Position numbers and translations under genes: made by a program
Notes under the pieces: generated by a model
Seen by the model: only the letters and a program-made list of their open reading frames with translations
Databases searched by the model: none
What the model was told of the DNA's origin: nothing
Shown here: piece after piece, positions 38,222-47,775 of the stretch
How the letters are laid out: each line of letters opens with the position of its first letter
Position numbering within the stretch: position 1 is the stretch's first letter
Assembly (NCBI GenBank): GCA_044341025.1
Contig: JBIISM010000010.1
Location: 16,999-80,998, forward strand
Reading direction: 5' to 3'
DNA: 64,000 bases
Source: Bacteroidia bacterium
Lineage (GTDB): Bacteria; Bacteroidota; Bacteroidia; NS11-12g; UBA955

Positions 38222-39170
38222 TTTTGAAGCGTATTTAATCTCTCATCCGTTTTTAGGGAAACCCGAAAACCTATACAATCCCATGAACTATATCATGCAA
38301 TTGGGAGGTAAAAGAATGCGTCCAAAATTGCTTTTGTTGGCTTATCAAAGTGTGAATGACCATCCTGGTAAAGACGTTTATCAATTGGCACTTTCAATTG
38401 AAGCTTTTCATAATTTCAGTCTTTTACACGATGATATTATGGACAATGCCCCTATCCGCAGAGGCAAAAAAACTGTTCATGAAGAATGGAACACTGCCAC
38501 TGCAATTTTGGCCGGAGATAATTTATTAATCCAATGCTATGATCTAATTCTTAAAACCAGTTTGCCGAATAAACCAGAACTTTTGAATGAGTTTACCCTT
38601 ATGGCAACGCAAGTTTGTGAAGGTCAACAAATGGATATGAATCTTCCTACACAAGAGCTTATTACAGATGAAGAATATTTGCAAATGATTCGTTTAAAAA
38701 CCGCGGTATTGCCAGCTTGCGCCCTCAAAATGGGTGCGCTTGCCGCCAACGCAAGCATGGATAGAGCAGATGTTTTTTACGATTTCGGTTTGAATTTGGG
38801 TATGGCTTTTCAATTGCAAGATGATTTTTTAGATACCTTTGGCAGCAGCGAAGAAACCGGTAAGCAGGAGGGTGGCGATATCATTGAAAACAAAAGAACA
38901 TTGCTGTTCTTACACGCAATGCGCACATTGACTGGAAGCGATAAAGAGGAGTTGTTGCATTGGTTCAATGAGAAACCTGACAATCCTAGCAATAAAATTG
39001 ATAGGGTTAGGACTTTGTTTAAACAAGCCCAAAGCGATCAGTTTTTAATGAACTTAAAAGCGGATTTCGAAATGCACGCACTTGCAAGTATTGATATTGC
39101 TTGCGAAAACTCGAGCAATAAAGCCCATGTATTGGCCTTGTTTGATTTGTTGAAAACCAGAAAAGCATAG
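38193..39170 (+). CDS. polyprenyl diphosphate synthase
   Basis: LLHDDIMDNAPIRRGK is the first DDxxD motif and QLQDDFLD the second. The gene overlaps rnr by 29 nt. An alternative start lies at 38283. Confidence 0.8.
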   Translation: MSENIVASDSFEAYLISHPFLGKPENLYNPMNYIMQLGGKRMRPKLLLLAYQSVNDHPGKDVYQLALSIEAFHNFSLLHDDIMDNAPIRRGKKTVHEEWNTATAILAGDNLLIQCYDLILKTSLPNKPELLNEFTLMATQVCEGQQMDMNLPTQELITDEEYLQMIRLKTAVLPACALKMGALAANASMDRADVFYDFGLNLGMAFQLQDDFLDTFGSSEETGKQEGGDIIENKRTLLFLHAMRTLTGSDKEELLHWFNEKPDNPSNKIDRVRTLFKQAQSDQFLMNLKADFEMHALASIDIACENSSNKAHVLALFDLLKTRKA

Positions 39171-39257
39171 TTTTTTCATGTCTTCATATCGTTAACAAAC
39201 GCTTTTAGTCCTCCCCAATTATTGTGTATATTTGTACCCATTAAGTTGATGCAAATT

Positions 39258-39539
39258 ATGGACAAACAAATTAGAAATTTTCTTTTAACAGGTAAAATAG
39301 AAGGGTATAGTTATTTAATTCTATTATTGGTTGCAATGCCCTTGAAATACCAATTTGACCTACCACAACCAGTGAAGATTTTTGGTATGGTGCATGGTAT
39401 TTTGTTTGTTTTGTTTATGCTAAGCATTGCAGCTTTAATTGGGGCTAAAAAATTGAGTTTTAAAAAGGCATTTTTTGCTTTTTTACTTTCCTTAATACCT
39501 TTTGGAACGTTTTATTTGGAAAGGCTTATCAAAAAGTAG
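39258..39539 (+). CDS. small integral membrane protein (DUF3817-like)
   Basis: Three predicted TM helices are present. The start was set at MDKQIRNF. Confidence 0.45.
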   Translation: MDKQIRNFLLTGKIEGYSYLILLLVAMPLKYQFDLPQPVKIFGMVHGILFVLFMLSIAALIGAKKLSFKKAFFAFLLSLIPFGTFYLERLIKK

Positions 39540-39691
39540 TTTAAAAAACATAAACTGTGAACAGTTCCACAGTTTTGCTCTTGCGCATTGCTTGTTTAGA
39601 TTAATTATTGATAAATTACATGCTCGAACTAGAGACAAAAAAAAGTCTCAGTTAATAAACCAAGACTTTTTTAGTGATTTATTGGTGGAGC

Positions 39692-40189
39692 TTAGTGGTC
39701 GTGTCCACCTGCACCGTGCACGTGTCCGTGCGATAATTCTTCTGCTAAGGCTTCGCGAACAGACACAATATTGCCTTTGAAGTTCAATGCTTCATCTGCT
39801 AATGGGTGGTTAAAATCAATTTCAACTGATTCGTCAGTAAAACTTAATATAACGCCGTTCATAGGGTTTCCGTTTTGGTCTTGCATTGGAACCATATTGC
39901 CAACTTGAACAATGTCTTGAGGCACATTTGGTCCAGAAAATACATCTCTAGGGATTGTTACAATAAACTCATCGTTAGAAACACCATATGCATTTTCTGC
40001 TGTAATATCGAATTCAAAGCTATCGCCAGCTTTTAAGTTGTCTAAACCTTTGTCAAAATGTGGCAACGTTTGACCAATCCCATGTATGAAGACAAATGGA
40101 GTTTCTTCTGTTGCGGTATCAACCACATCTCCGTTCTGAAGGGTTAAGGTATACGTTAGCGAAACCACCCTGTTTTTTTCTATTTGCAT
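39692..40189 (-). CDS. slyD: FKBP-type peptidyl-prolyl isomerase with a His-rich metal-binding tail (SlyD-like)
   Basis: An FKBP core, an IF-domain insertion and a C-terminal HGHVHGAGGHDH are present. The start was set at MQIEKNRVV. Confidence 0.7.
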   Translation of the reverse strand: MQIEKNRVVSLTYTLTLQNGDVVDTATEETPFVFIHGIGQTLPHFDKGLDNLKAGDSFEFDITAENAYGVSNDEFIVTIPRDVFSGPNVPQDIVQVGNMVPMQDQNGNPMNGVILSFTDESVEIDFNHPLADEALNFKGNIVSVREALAEELSHGHVHGAGGHDH

Positions 40190-40341
40190 ATAAAATATTT
40201 TGGGGCGCAATTTCATGCCAATTATTGTAAAAATGAAATTTATTTAACAATATTGCCCGCGTTTTCGACTAGTGTACCATTGTGTGTAGGCTTATGTACT
40301 ATTTTTAATGTAATTTCGCCGCACCAAGTAATTTATCAATA

Positions 40342-41589
40342 TTGACTTTTAAAGATTTTAATTTCGACATCAAACTACAGGATAGCCTCGATTCTATTGG
40401 TTTTGAGAACCCAACTCCTATTCAAGAACAAGCCATCCCACTTATCCAAGAGGGTAGTGATTTGATTGCATGTGCCCAAACTGGAACGGGTAAAACAGCG
40501 GCTTTTGTTTTGCCAATTATAGATGCGCTTTCGAAAAATGAAGTCGAAACCACATTTGCGCTAATCATTGTGCCAACTAGAGAATTGGCTCTTCAAATTG
40601 ACCAAGCCCTCGAAGGTTTTGCTTATTTTACAGGCGTTAGCCATTTGGCTATTTATGGAGGTAGCGATGGTCAAGTTTTTGCCCGCGAAAAGAAAGCCCT
40701 TGTAGAAGGAGCCAATATAATTGTAGCCACTCCAGGCCGCCTTATGGCCCACTTAAATATGGGTTATGTTAAATTTAATGATATAAAATTTTTAGTTCTC
40801 GATGAGGCTGACCGCATGTTGGATATGGGTTTTGTTGATGATATTGTCAAAATCACAACCTATATACCAAGCCAACGTCAAACATTAATGTTCTCTGCAA
40901 CCATGCCGGAAAAGATTCGCTCTTTGGCTAAGAAATTGCTTCAGAATCCTAAGGAAATCAGCCTAGCTGTTTCAAAACCAGCTGCAGGTGTAACCCAATT
41001 GGCCTACTTGGCTTACGATACCCAAAAGAACAAACTCATTACCTATTTGCTGAAAAACAAATCACACAGCAGTGTTATTGTTTTTGCCTCTACCAAACAA
41101 AAAGTTAAAGATTTAGAGCGCGATTTGCTTCGTGCACATTTTAAAATTGCAGCCATTCACAGCGATCTTGACCAATCCGAGCGCGAAGGTGCTTTGCGCC
41201 AGTTCAGAAACAAACAGCTTCAAGTTTTGGTTGCAACCGATATTCTGTCTCGTGGAATTGATATTGAAGACATTAGTTTGGTTATTAATTATGATGTGCC
41301 ACACGATCCAGAGGATTACATACACCGTATTGGTAGAACTGCAAGAGCAGAGGCTAAGGGAATGGCCATCACCTTTATAAACGACTTTAACCAATACAAA
41401 TTTGGAAATATTGAACAAATGATTGGTTATGAAATCGAAAAGGTTCCTATGCCTGATTTTTTAGGGAAAGGTCCTGATTACAATCCATCTTCAAAGAATA
41501 AGCCTTTCAAGCATCCGAGTAAATTTCCAAATAAAAGGGTTTTTAAACCAAATGGCCCGAGAGACAATGGGCCAAACAATCCTAGTTAA
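40342..41589 (+). CDS. DEAD-box ATP-dependent RNA helicase
   Basis: AQTGTGKTAAF, DEAD, SAT and HRIGRTAR motifs are present, plus a basic C-terminal tail. Confidence 0.85.
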   Translation: MTFKDFNFDIKLQDSLDSIGFENPTPIQEQAIPLIQEGSDLIACAQTGTGKTAAFVLPIIDALSKNEVETTFALIIVPTRELALQIDQALEGFAYFTGVSHLAIYGGSDGQVFAREKKALVEGANIIVATPGRLMAHLNMGYVKFNDIKFLVLDEADRMLDMGFVDDIVKITTYIPSQRQTLMFSATMPEKIRSLAKKLLQNPKEISLAVSKPAAGVTQLAYLAYDTQKNKLITYLLKNKSHSSVIVFASTKQKVKDLERDLLRAHFKIAAIHSDLDQSEREGALRQFRNKQLQVLVATDILSRGIDIEDISLVINYDVPHDPEDYIHRIGRTARAEAKGMAITFINDFNQYKFGNIEQMIGYEIEKVPMPDFLGKGPDYNPSSKNKPFKHPSKFPNKRVFKPNGPRDNGPNNPS

Positions 41590-41604
41590 GAATAGAAATA
41601 GATT

Positions 41605-42081
41605 TTATTGGCTGATTTTTGAAAACAGCCAGTGGTTTTTTAGCGGGCATAAAAACCCATTTCGGTATTCACCTAGGTTTTGAACACTGTTGTTGTAAAA
41701 CAATGTTTGAGCGTTTATAATTCCTTTCTCGAATGCCTCTTGAACATCATTGTAATGTATGTCATTTATTTCACCATTGTCGAGATAGATCATCTGCATA
41801 CGTTCAAATAAACTGATTCCAAGCATTTCTGAAATCGATTTTAATAAAGCCACACTTTTGTCGATGCTGCATCCGCTGGCGGTGTTCAGTGATTCATCTA
41901 CGGCCAAAATGATAAAACGATTCTGGACAAACTCAAACGAGGCTTTTAATTGCGAGTTGTGTGCGGTCCAATTCGAGCAAAAACTTTCGAACATAGGGCT
42001 GATGCTCTTAATCTCTCCATCGCTTAAATGTCTTTCAGCCTGGTATATCCAAATTTTACTTTCGTCACTGAGATGGTCCAT
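41605..42081 (-). CDS. conserved hypothetical protein (158 aa)
   Basis: An ORF with no motif I can assign. It lies downstream of pheT and the coiled-coil ORF on the same strand. Confidence 0.4.
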   Translation of the reverse strand: MDHLSDESKIWIYQAERHLSDGEIKSISPMFESFCSNWTAHNSQLKASFEFVQNRFIILAVDESLNTASGCSIDKSVALLKSISEMLGISLFERMQMIYLDNGEINDIHYNDVQEAFEKGIINAQTLFYNNSVQNLGEYRNGFLCPLKNHWLFSKISQ

Positions 42082-42082
42082 A

Positions 42083-42373
42083 TTACTGATGCATTAATGA
42101 AATGATTTTATCTACCTCGCCAATCATGTCATTGATTTTGAATTTCAAATCGCGGTTATTGCCCTGCTCGTCATTTACACTGTCTGCAATGCGTTTAATT
42201 TTAAGCTTTAACTCCAGTTCTTTGATGCTGCTGTTTTGGATTTCAATTATTCTTTTTAAACGCTCAAGTTCCTTGCTTTTTTTAGATTCAGCCAACACAA
42301 TTTCCTCATTTGCTTTTTTTAAGCGAATGATTTCTGATTTAATCTCTTGAAGTCTTTGCGCTAAGTGTTCCAT
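42083..42373 (-). CDS. small coiled-coil protein (ZapB-like composition)
   Basis: 96 aa with a heptad-rich K/E/L sequence. Its start overlaps the pheT stop by 1 nt. Confidence 0.4.
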   Translation of the reverse strand: MEHLAQRLQEIKSEIIRLKKANEEIVLAESKKSKELERLKRIIEIQNSSIKELELKLKIKRIADSVNDEQGNNRDLKFKINDMIGEVDKIISLMHQ

Positions 42374-44694
42374 TATTTTCTAATTATTGCGTTCAATTCA
42401 GTTTCAAAGGCACTTATCAATGTTGACATTATTGGATCAATGTCGGAGTCGCTCATCGTTTTTTCATTGTCGTACAATTCAATACTAATGCTCATTGCTT
42501 TTTGATTGGCCTCCAAAGGTTTGCCTTCATATATGTCGAAGACATTGCATTCGACAATTTTAGGGCCCCCTTTTTTATTGACAATGTTTTGAACTTTTTC
42601 GAAATAAATGTCTTTTGACAGCACCAAGCTTAAGTCGCGACGCACAATAGGAAATTGTGGTATTGGCTGTAGCACGAATTCTTTCTTTTGTTTCAGTAGT
42701 TTTGCCCAATCTAAAACCGCAAAAAACACTTTGTCTTTGATGCCAAATTTTTGCAATAAGTTTGCTTCTACTTCTTCAATATTGTATTCGAAGGATTTTA
42801 CACCAAATAAATCGATCGTTTTTTCACAAATCGATTTAATGAAATAATAATCAACTGCTGCTGATTTGTTCTCCCAACTTTCATTGGTTTTATTTCCAGA
42901 AGCAATAATAATTAACTGGTCTTGCTCCTTAAATCCTTTTTCTTTGTTGCTGTATATTTTACCGAATTCGAAAAAATGGGTGTTGCTTTGTTTTCTGTTT
43001 TTGTTGTAAGCAATCGATTCTAAAGCGCCGTAAAGCATAGATGAACGCATAACATTCATTTCTGCACTAAGTGGGTTGGAAAGATATACTAGGCCAGATT
43101 TGTCCTCGTACAACTTGTCTGAACTTAAAGAATTGTTCATAATCTCCATAAATCCATTTGCTTTCAAAAGCTCAGCAATTTTTACTTCGCCCTTTCTTTG
43201 TCTGTTGTCTGATTTGTAGTTTAATGATACTTGTAAATTTCTTTGTAATGGAATATGCTCAAAACCGTAAATACGAATGAGTTCTTCCACAACATCAATC
43301 TCGCGCGTTACATCGCCTTTAAATCGAGGAACATCTAATTGGAAAGCCTTGTTGTCTTTGCTTATAATTTTAATGCCCAAGCCAGTTAAAATACTTTCGA
43401 TTTTGGTGTCTGGGATGTCAATTCCTGTGATCTGCTTAATTTTTTCAATTCTCAGCTCAATTTTAAAAGGTTCTAAAACTGAAGGGTAAACATCGTAAAC
43501 TTGACTTGCAACATTTGCCCCAGCGAGCTCAATGAGCAAATTACTTGCCCTTAAAATTGCAGGTATACACATTTCTGGATCGGTGCCTCTTTCAAACCTG
43601 AAACTAGAATCGGTATTCAAGGCATGTTGCTTTGCGGCCTTTCTTACTGCATCGGGCGAAAAATAAGCACTTTCTATGAAGATGGTTTTGGTGTCTTCTG
43701 TAACACCTGAAAACGCACCACCATAAACACCCGCCATGCACATTGCTTCCTCGGAATTGTAAACCATCAATTCGTGCCCGTGTAAATTTCTTTCAACGCC
43801 ATCAAGGGTGGTGAATTTCTCTTTGTTGTTGCGCTTAACCGTTATTTTTTGTCCTTTTATTTTGTCGAAATCAAACGCATGCAAGGGTTGCCCCAATTCA
43901 TGGAGTACAAAGTTTGTAACATCAACAATGTTGTTTATTGGTCTTAGTCCTATGCTGTTTAAGCGGGTCTTTAACCAATCAGGACTCTCTTTAACTCTTA
44001 TGTTTTCTAATATGATTCCACTGTAACGCGGGCACGTTTTGTTGTCTTCAATTTCAATTTGTATGGCTTTGCTGTTGCTGCTTGGTGCCGATTCATTTGT
44101 TTTGATTTGCAAGGGGATGTCTAGAACTGTCGATAATTCGCGCGCAACGCCCAAATGGGAGGCCGCATCACCGCGGTTGGCAGTTAGTCCAATTTCAAAC
44201 ACCACATCACTTTCAACTTTAAAATAGTCACTAAGTTTTGATCCCAGTTCTAAGTTTTCTGGCAGAATTAACAATCCGGCATGGCTAGCACCTAAGCCGA
44301 TTTCATCCTCAGCACAAAGCATTCCTTCACTTTGTTCACCTCTTATTTTTGCTTTTTGAATGGTGAATGGCTCACCCGCACTTGGGGTAATCAAAGTACC
44401 AACTGGAGCAACTATAACTTTAATGCCCGCGCTTACATTGGGCGCTCCACATACAATATTTAACAAGGTGTCTTGTCCGATATCGACAGTCGTTAAGTTT
44501 AACTTGTCTGCATTTGGATGCTTAACACAAGTTTTTACTTCACCCACCACTAGGCCTCTAAGGCCACCTTTGATGGAATCAACATATTCGTAATGTTCAA
44601 CTTCTAATCCGGTAGCGGTTAAAATTGCTTCAATCTCTTCAGGAGTCTGGGTAAGCGGTATCAGGGTTTTAAGCCAGTTTAATGATATCTTCAT
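42373..44694 (-). CDS. pheT: phenylalanine--tRNA ligase beta subunit
   Basis: The N-terminus MKISLNWLKTLIP is typical. Length (about 773 aa) and B3/4 and B5 regions fit the beta subunit. Confidence 0.9.
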   Translation of the reverse strand: MKISLNWLKTLIPLTQTPEEIEAILTATGLEVEHYEYVDSIKGGLRGLVVGEVKTCVKHPNADKLNLTTVDIGQDTLLNIVCGAPNVSAGIKVIVAPVGTLITPSAGEPFTIQKAKIRGEQSEGMLCAEDEIGLGASHAGLLILPENLELGSKLSDYFKVESDVVFEIGLTANRGDAASHLGVARELSTVLDIPLQIKTNESAPSSNSKAIQIEIEDNKTCPRYSGIILENIRVKESPDWLKTRLNSIGLRPINNIVDVTNFVLHELGQPLHAFDFDKIKGQKITVKRNNKEKFTTLDGVERNLHGHELMVYNSEEAMCMAGVYGGAFSGVTEDTKTIFIESAYFSPDAVRKAAKQHALNTDSSFRFERGTDPEMCIPAILRASNLLIELAGANVASQVYDVYPSVLEPFKIELRIEKIKQITGIDIPDTKIESILTGLGIKIISKDNKAFQLDVPRFKGDVTREIDVVEELIRIYGFEHIPLQRNLQVSLNYKSDNRQRKGEVKIAELLKANGFMEIMNNSLSSDKLYEDKSGLVYLSNPLSAEMNVMRSSMLYGALESIAYNKNRKQSNTHFFEFGKIYSNKEKGFKEQDQLIIIASGNKTNESWENKSAAVDYYFIKSICEKTIDLFGVKSFEYNIEEVEANLLQKFGIKDKVFFAVLDWAKLLKQKKEFVLQPIPQFPIVRRDLSLVLSKDIYFEKVQNIVNKKGGPKIVECNVFDIYEGKPLEANQKAMSISIELYDNEKTMSDSDIDPIMSTLISAFETELNAIIRK

Positions 44695-44841
44695 CAGGTC
44701 TGCGAAGATAATAAATAAAAAAACAACTCAAGCAAGGGTTTAATGCACATCTTCTAACACACAACTGTTCAATTAAGTAATAACTGACCAAGCGCATTTG
44801 CCATTTCACTAATTTTGTTGAGATTTGCTGCAAATAATTTC

Positions 44842-45804
44842 ATGAAATTCAAGTTTTCTTTATTGTTTCTTTTGCTTGCCTTAATGGTGGTTCTTGCGCT
44901 TAGAAATCCTAAGCAAGAAGTACCTAAGTCTGCAGTTTTAAGCAAAGAAGAATTGGGTAAATTGTTGTTTTTCGAAAAGGCTTTGTCGCTCGATTCTACT
45001 GTGTCTTGTGCATCATGTCACCTTCCTGAATTTGCGTTTTCTGATACCACAGCACTAAGTGATGGGGTGAAAGGGAAACTGGGTTTGAGAAATGCTCCCG
45101 GGATAATGAATTTGCATGCCAATGTGCCAATGTTTTACGATGGACGAGCAAAAGATTTGGCCGATCAAGTTCACTTCCCAATTCAAGACCCAAATGAAAT
45201 GAATTTGGCCATGCAAGTAGTGGTGAAGCGGTTAAATGGAGATCCAAAATATCTCAGTGTTTTTAGTTTTTTGTACCATACAGAGGCAAATGCAAGCAAT
45301 ATAGCAGAGGCAATTGCGGCTTACGAACTTACCCTGCAAACTTCTAATACGCCATTTGACGCGTATATGTCTGGAGATGAATCGGCTGTTTCTGAATCTG
45401 TGAAGCGCGGTCGCGAACTGTTTTTAAGCGATAGAGCCAAATGTTTTGATTGCCATTTTGGCCCCGATTTTACTGGAGATGAATTCAAAAATATAGGACT
45501 TTATGATGGATTGGCTTGGGCCGATTTGGGCCGTTATAACACAAGCAAAGACAGCAATGATATTGGGAAGTTCAAAGTCCCTGGCCTAAGAAATGTTGGG
45601 GTAACAGGGCCTTATATGCACAACGGGAAGTTTAAGACTTTGGAACAAGTTATTGAGTATTATTCAAACCCATATCAAACGGTTAAAAGGCCAATCAACA
45701 TGGATTCAAGTTTGGTAAAGGCAATCAACTTTAGCCCAGAGGAAAAATTAGACCTCTTAAATTTTTTGAAATCACTTACCGATAAGCAGTTTTTAAATCG
45801 CTAA
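44842..45804 (+). CDS. di-haem cytochrome c peroxidase (CCP/MauG family)
   Basis: Two CxxCH haem motifs are present (CASCH, CFDCH). The start was set at the MKFKFSLLFLLLALMVV signal peptide. Confidence 0.8.
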   Translation: MKFKFSLLFLLLALMVVLALRNPKQEVPKSAVLSKEELGKLLFFEKALSLDSTVSCASCHLPEFAFSDTTALSDGVKGKLGLRNAPGIMNLHANVPMFYDGRAKDLADQVHFPIQDPNEMNLAMQVVVKRLNGDPKYLSVFSFLYHTEANASNIAEAIAAYELTLQTSNTPFDAYMSGDESAVSESVKRGRELFLSDRAKCFDCHFGPDFTGDEFKNIGLYDGLAWADLGRYNTSKDSNDIGKFKVPGLRNVGVTGPYMHNGKFKTLEQVIEYYSNPYQTVKRPINMDSSLVKAINFSPEEKLDLLNFLKSLTDKQFLNR

Positions 45805-45858
45805 GTAAAGCATACTTTTGCGTCTGTACTTGAATTGATTTTCGGGTTTTAATCACTT

Positions 45859-46956
45859 ATGAAAGTTAAAGACATTTGTAACGCCATCGAATCCATAGCA
45901 CCAGTATTTTATCAAGAGGATTACGATAACGCGGGCCTAATCATTGGCAATCCACAGCAAGAAGTGACTGCAATTCTGTTGTGCTTGGACAGCACTGAAG
46001 CTGTTGTTGATGAGGCAATTGCTAAACGTTGTAATTTAATTGTGGCCCACCATCCCCTTATTTTTAAAGGCTTAAAAAAAATCAATGGAAAAAATGACGT
46101 TGAAAGAACTGTCATAAAAGCCATAGAAAATAAAATTGCCATCTACGCTGCCCATACCAATTTAGACAATGTCTTGCATATGGGCGTTAACCAAAGGTTT
46201 GCTCAAAAATTAGGACTAAAGAACATTCAAATACTAGAGGAAAAATCCAATGCCTTGGTGAAAATAGTGTTTTACACCCCAGCGGATTCTCTGGAAAATT
46301 TAAAAACCATTCTGTTTGATGCAGGCGCTGGGCATATAGGTCAGTATTCAGAATGCAGTTTTGCAACTGAGGGAACCGGCACATTTAAACCAGAGCCGGG
46401 TTCAAATCCGCAAGTCGGGAAAATTGGGGTTCGCAAAGAACATAATGAAATAAAAGTGGAGGCTATTGCACCAAGTTTTATCGCCAATCAGGTGGTGTCA
46501 GCATTAAAACAAGGGCATCCTTACGAGGAAATGGCCTACGAAATTATACCCATTTCCAATTTTAATCAAGTAATAGGCGCAGGGGTAATTGGTGAATTGG
46601 AAAACAGTTTAAAACCTTCCGATTTTTTAAATTTGCTCAAAAACAGTTTAAAATTAGAGGTAATCAAGTATACTGCTTCCGAAAAAGAGATTAAAAAAGT
46701 AGCACTTTGCGGCGGGTCTGGAAGCTTTTTGCGGAATAGTGCAATGCGCTCTAAAGCAGATGCTTATGTTACTTCGGATGTGAAGTATCACGAATTTTTC
46801 GATGCGATTGGAACCTTAATGTTTTGCGATATTGGACACTATGAGTCTGAAATTTCAACTTTGGAACTATTTTATGAGGTAATTCAAGATAAATTTCCTA
46901 ATTTTGCGGTCCATTTTTGCGAAACATCCACAAACCCAATCCATTATCATAAGTAA
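45859..46956 (+). CDS. Nif3 family dinuclear-metal-centre protein
   Basis: The N-terminus ...FYQEDYDNAGLIIG... and a C-terminal ...CGGSGSF... are typical of the NIF3/YqfO family. Confidence 0.8.
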   Translation: MKVKDICNAIESIAPVFYQEDYDNAGLIIGNPQQEVTAILLCLDSTEAVVDEAIAKRCNLIVAHHPLIFKGLKKINGKNDVERTVIKAIENKIAIYAAHTNLDNVLHMGVNQRFAQKLGLKNIQILEEKSNALVKIVFYTPADSLENLKTILFDAGAGHIGQYSECSFATEGTGTFKPEPGSNPQVGKIGVRKEHNEIKVEAIAPSFIANQVVSALKQGHPYEEMAYEIIPISNFNQVIGAGVIGELENSLKPSDFLNLLKNSLKLEVIKYTASEKEIKKVALCGGSGSFLRNSAMRSKADAYVTSDVKYHEFFDAIGTLMFCDIGHYESEISTLELFYEVIQDKFPNFAVHFCETSTNPIHYHK

Positions 46957-46959
46957 ACC

Positions 46960-47763
46960 ATGGTAGATTTATCAATAGAAAAAAAACTAAAAGCCATTTG
47001 GGAACTCCAACAAATCGATTCTAAAATCGATCAGTTAAACCTTTTAAAAGGTGAGTTGCCAATGGAAGTAAGCGATCTTGAAGACGAGATTGTAGGCCTG
47101 CAAACTAGGCAGGACAACATCAAAACTGAGGTTAAAGCATACGAAATTGATATTACCGGTCACAAAGCCAATATCAAAGCTTCTGAAGAATTACAGAAGA
47201 AATACAAAAAACAACTTGAGTCTGTAAAAAACAACAGAGAGTTTGAAGCCTTGAACAAAGAACTTGAAATTTCAGGTTTGGAAGTCCTAGCTGCTCAAAA
47301 AAGGATTAAAGAGGCCCAGTTTCATATGGAAGCAAAAGAGCAATCTTTGACCAATCTTCAAGAACAAATTGAAAGCAGAAGAAAAGATCTTGAATTCAAA
47401 CAAAAAGAACTTAACACCATCGTAAGTGATACGGAAGAGGAAGAAAACGAACTTTCAGGTCACCGTTCTACATTGGACATACATGTGGATGAAAGATTAG
47501 CAAAAGCCTACAAAAGAATCCGCAAAAACGTTAAAAACGGAATTGCAGTTGCTCCGATTATGAGAGGTAGCTGTGGCGGTTGTTTTGCTAAAATTCCACC
47601 ACAAAGACAAAGCGATATCAAGCAGCACTTTAAAATTATTGATTGTGAGCATTGCGGTAGAATCTTGGTTGACAATGAAGTAACCGGTATTTACACTGAA
47701 AAGCCAGTTGAAGAAGAAAAGCCTAAACGCAGAGTTAGAGCGCTTAAAACTGCAAGCAAATAA
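46960..47763 (+). CDS. COG1579-type coiled-coil protein with a C-terminal C4 zinc ribbon
   Basis: A long coiled-coil precedes CGGCF...CEHCGRIL. This is the classical neighbour of Nif3. Confidence 0.7.
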   Translation: MVDLSIEKKLKAIWELQQIDSKIDQLNLLKGELPMEVSDLEDEIVGLQTRQDNIKTEVKAYEIDITGHKANIKASEELQKKYKKQLESVKNNREFEALNKELEISGLEVLAAQKRIKEAQFHMEAKEQSLTNLQEQIESRRKDLEFKQKELNTIVSDTEEEENELSGHRSTLDIHVDERLAKAYKRIRKNVKNGIAVAPIMRGSCGGCFAKIPPQRQSDIKQHFKIIDCEHCGRILVDNEVTGIYTEKPVEEEKPKRRVRALKTASK

Positions 47764-47775
47764 TAAATTAAGCGT

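Noticed and set aside
46381-46410. GGGTTCAAATCC T-loop-like motif suggesting a tRNA
   Set aside because: It lies inside the Nif3 coding sequence (FKPEPGSNPQ). The flanking bases cannot form T-stem or acceptor-stem pairings.
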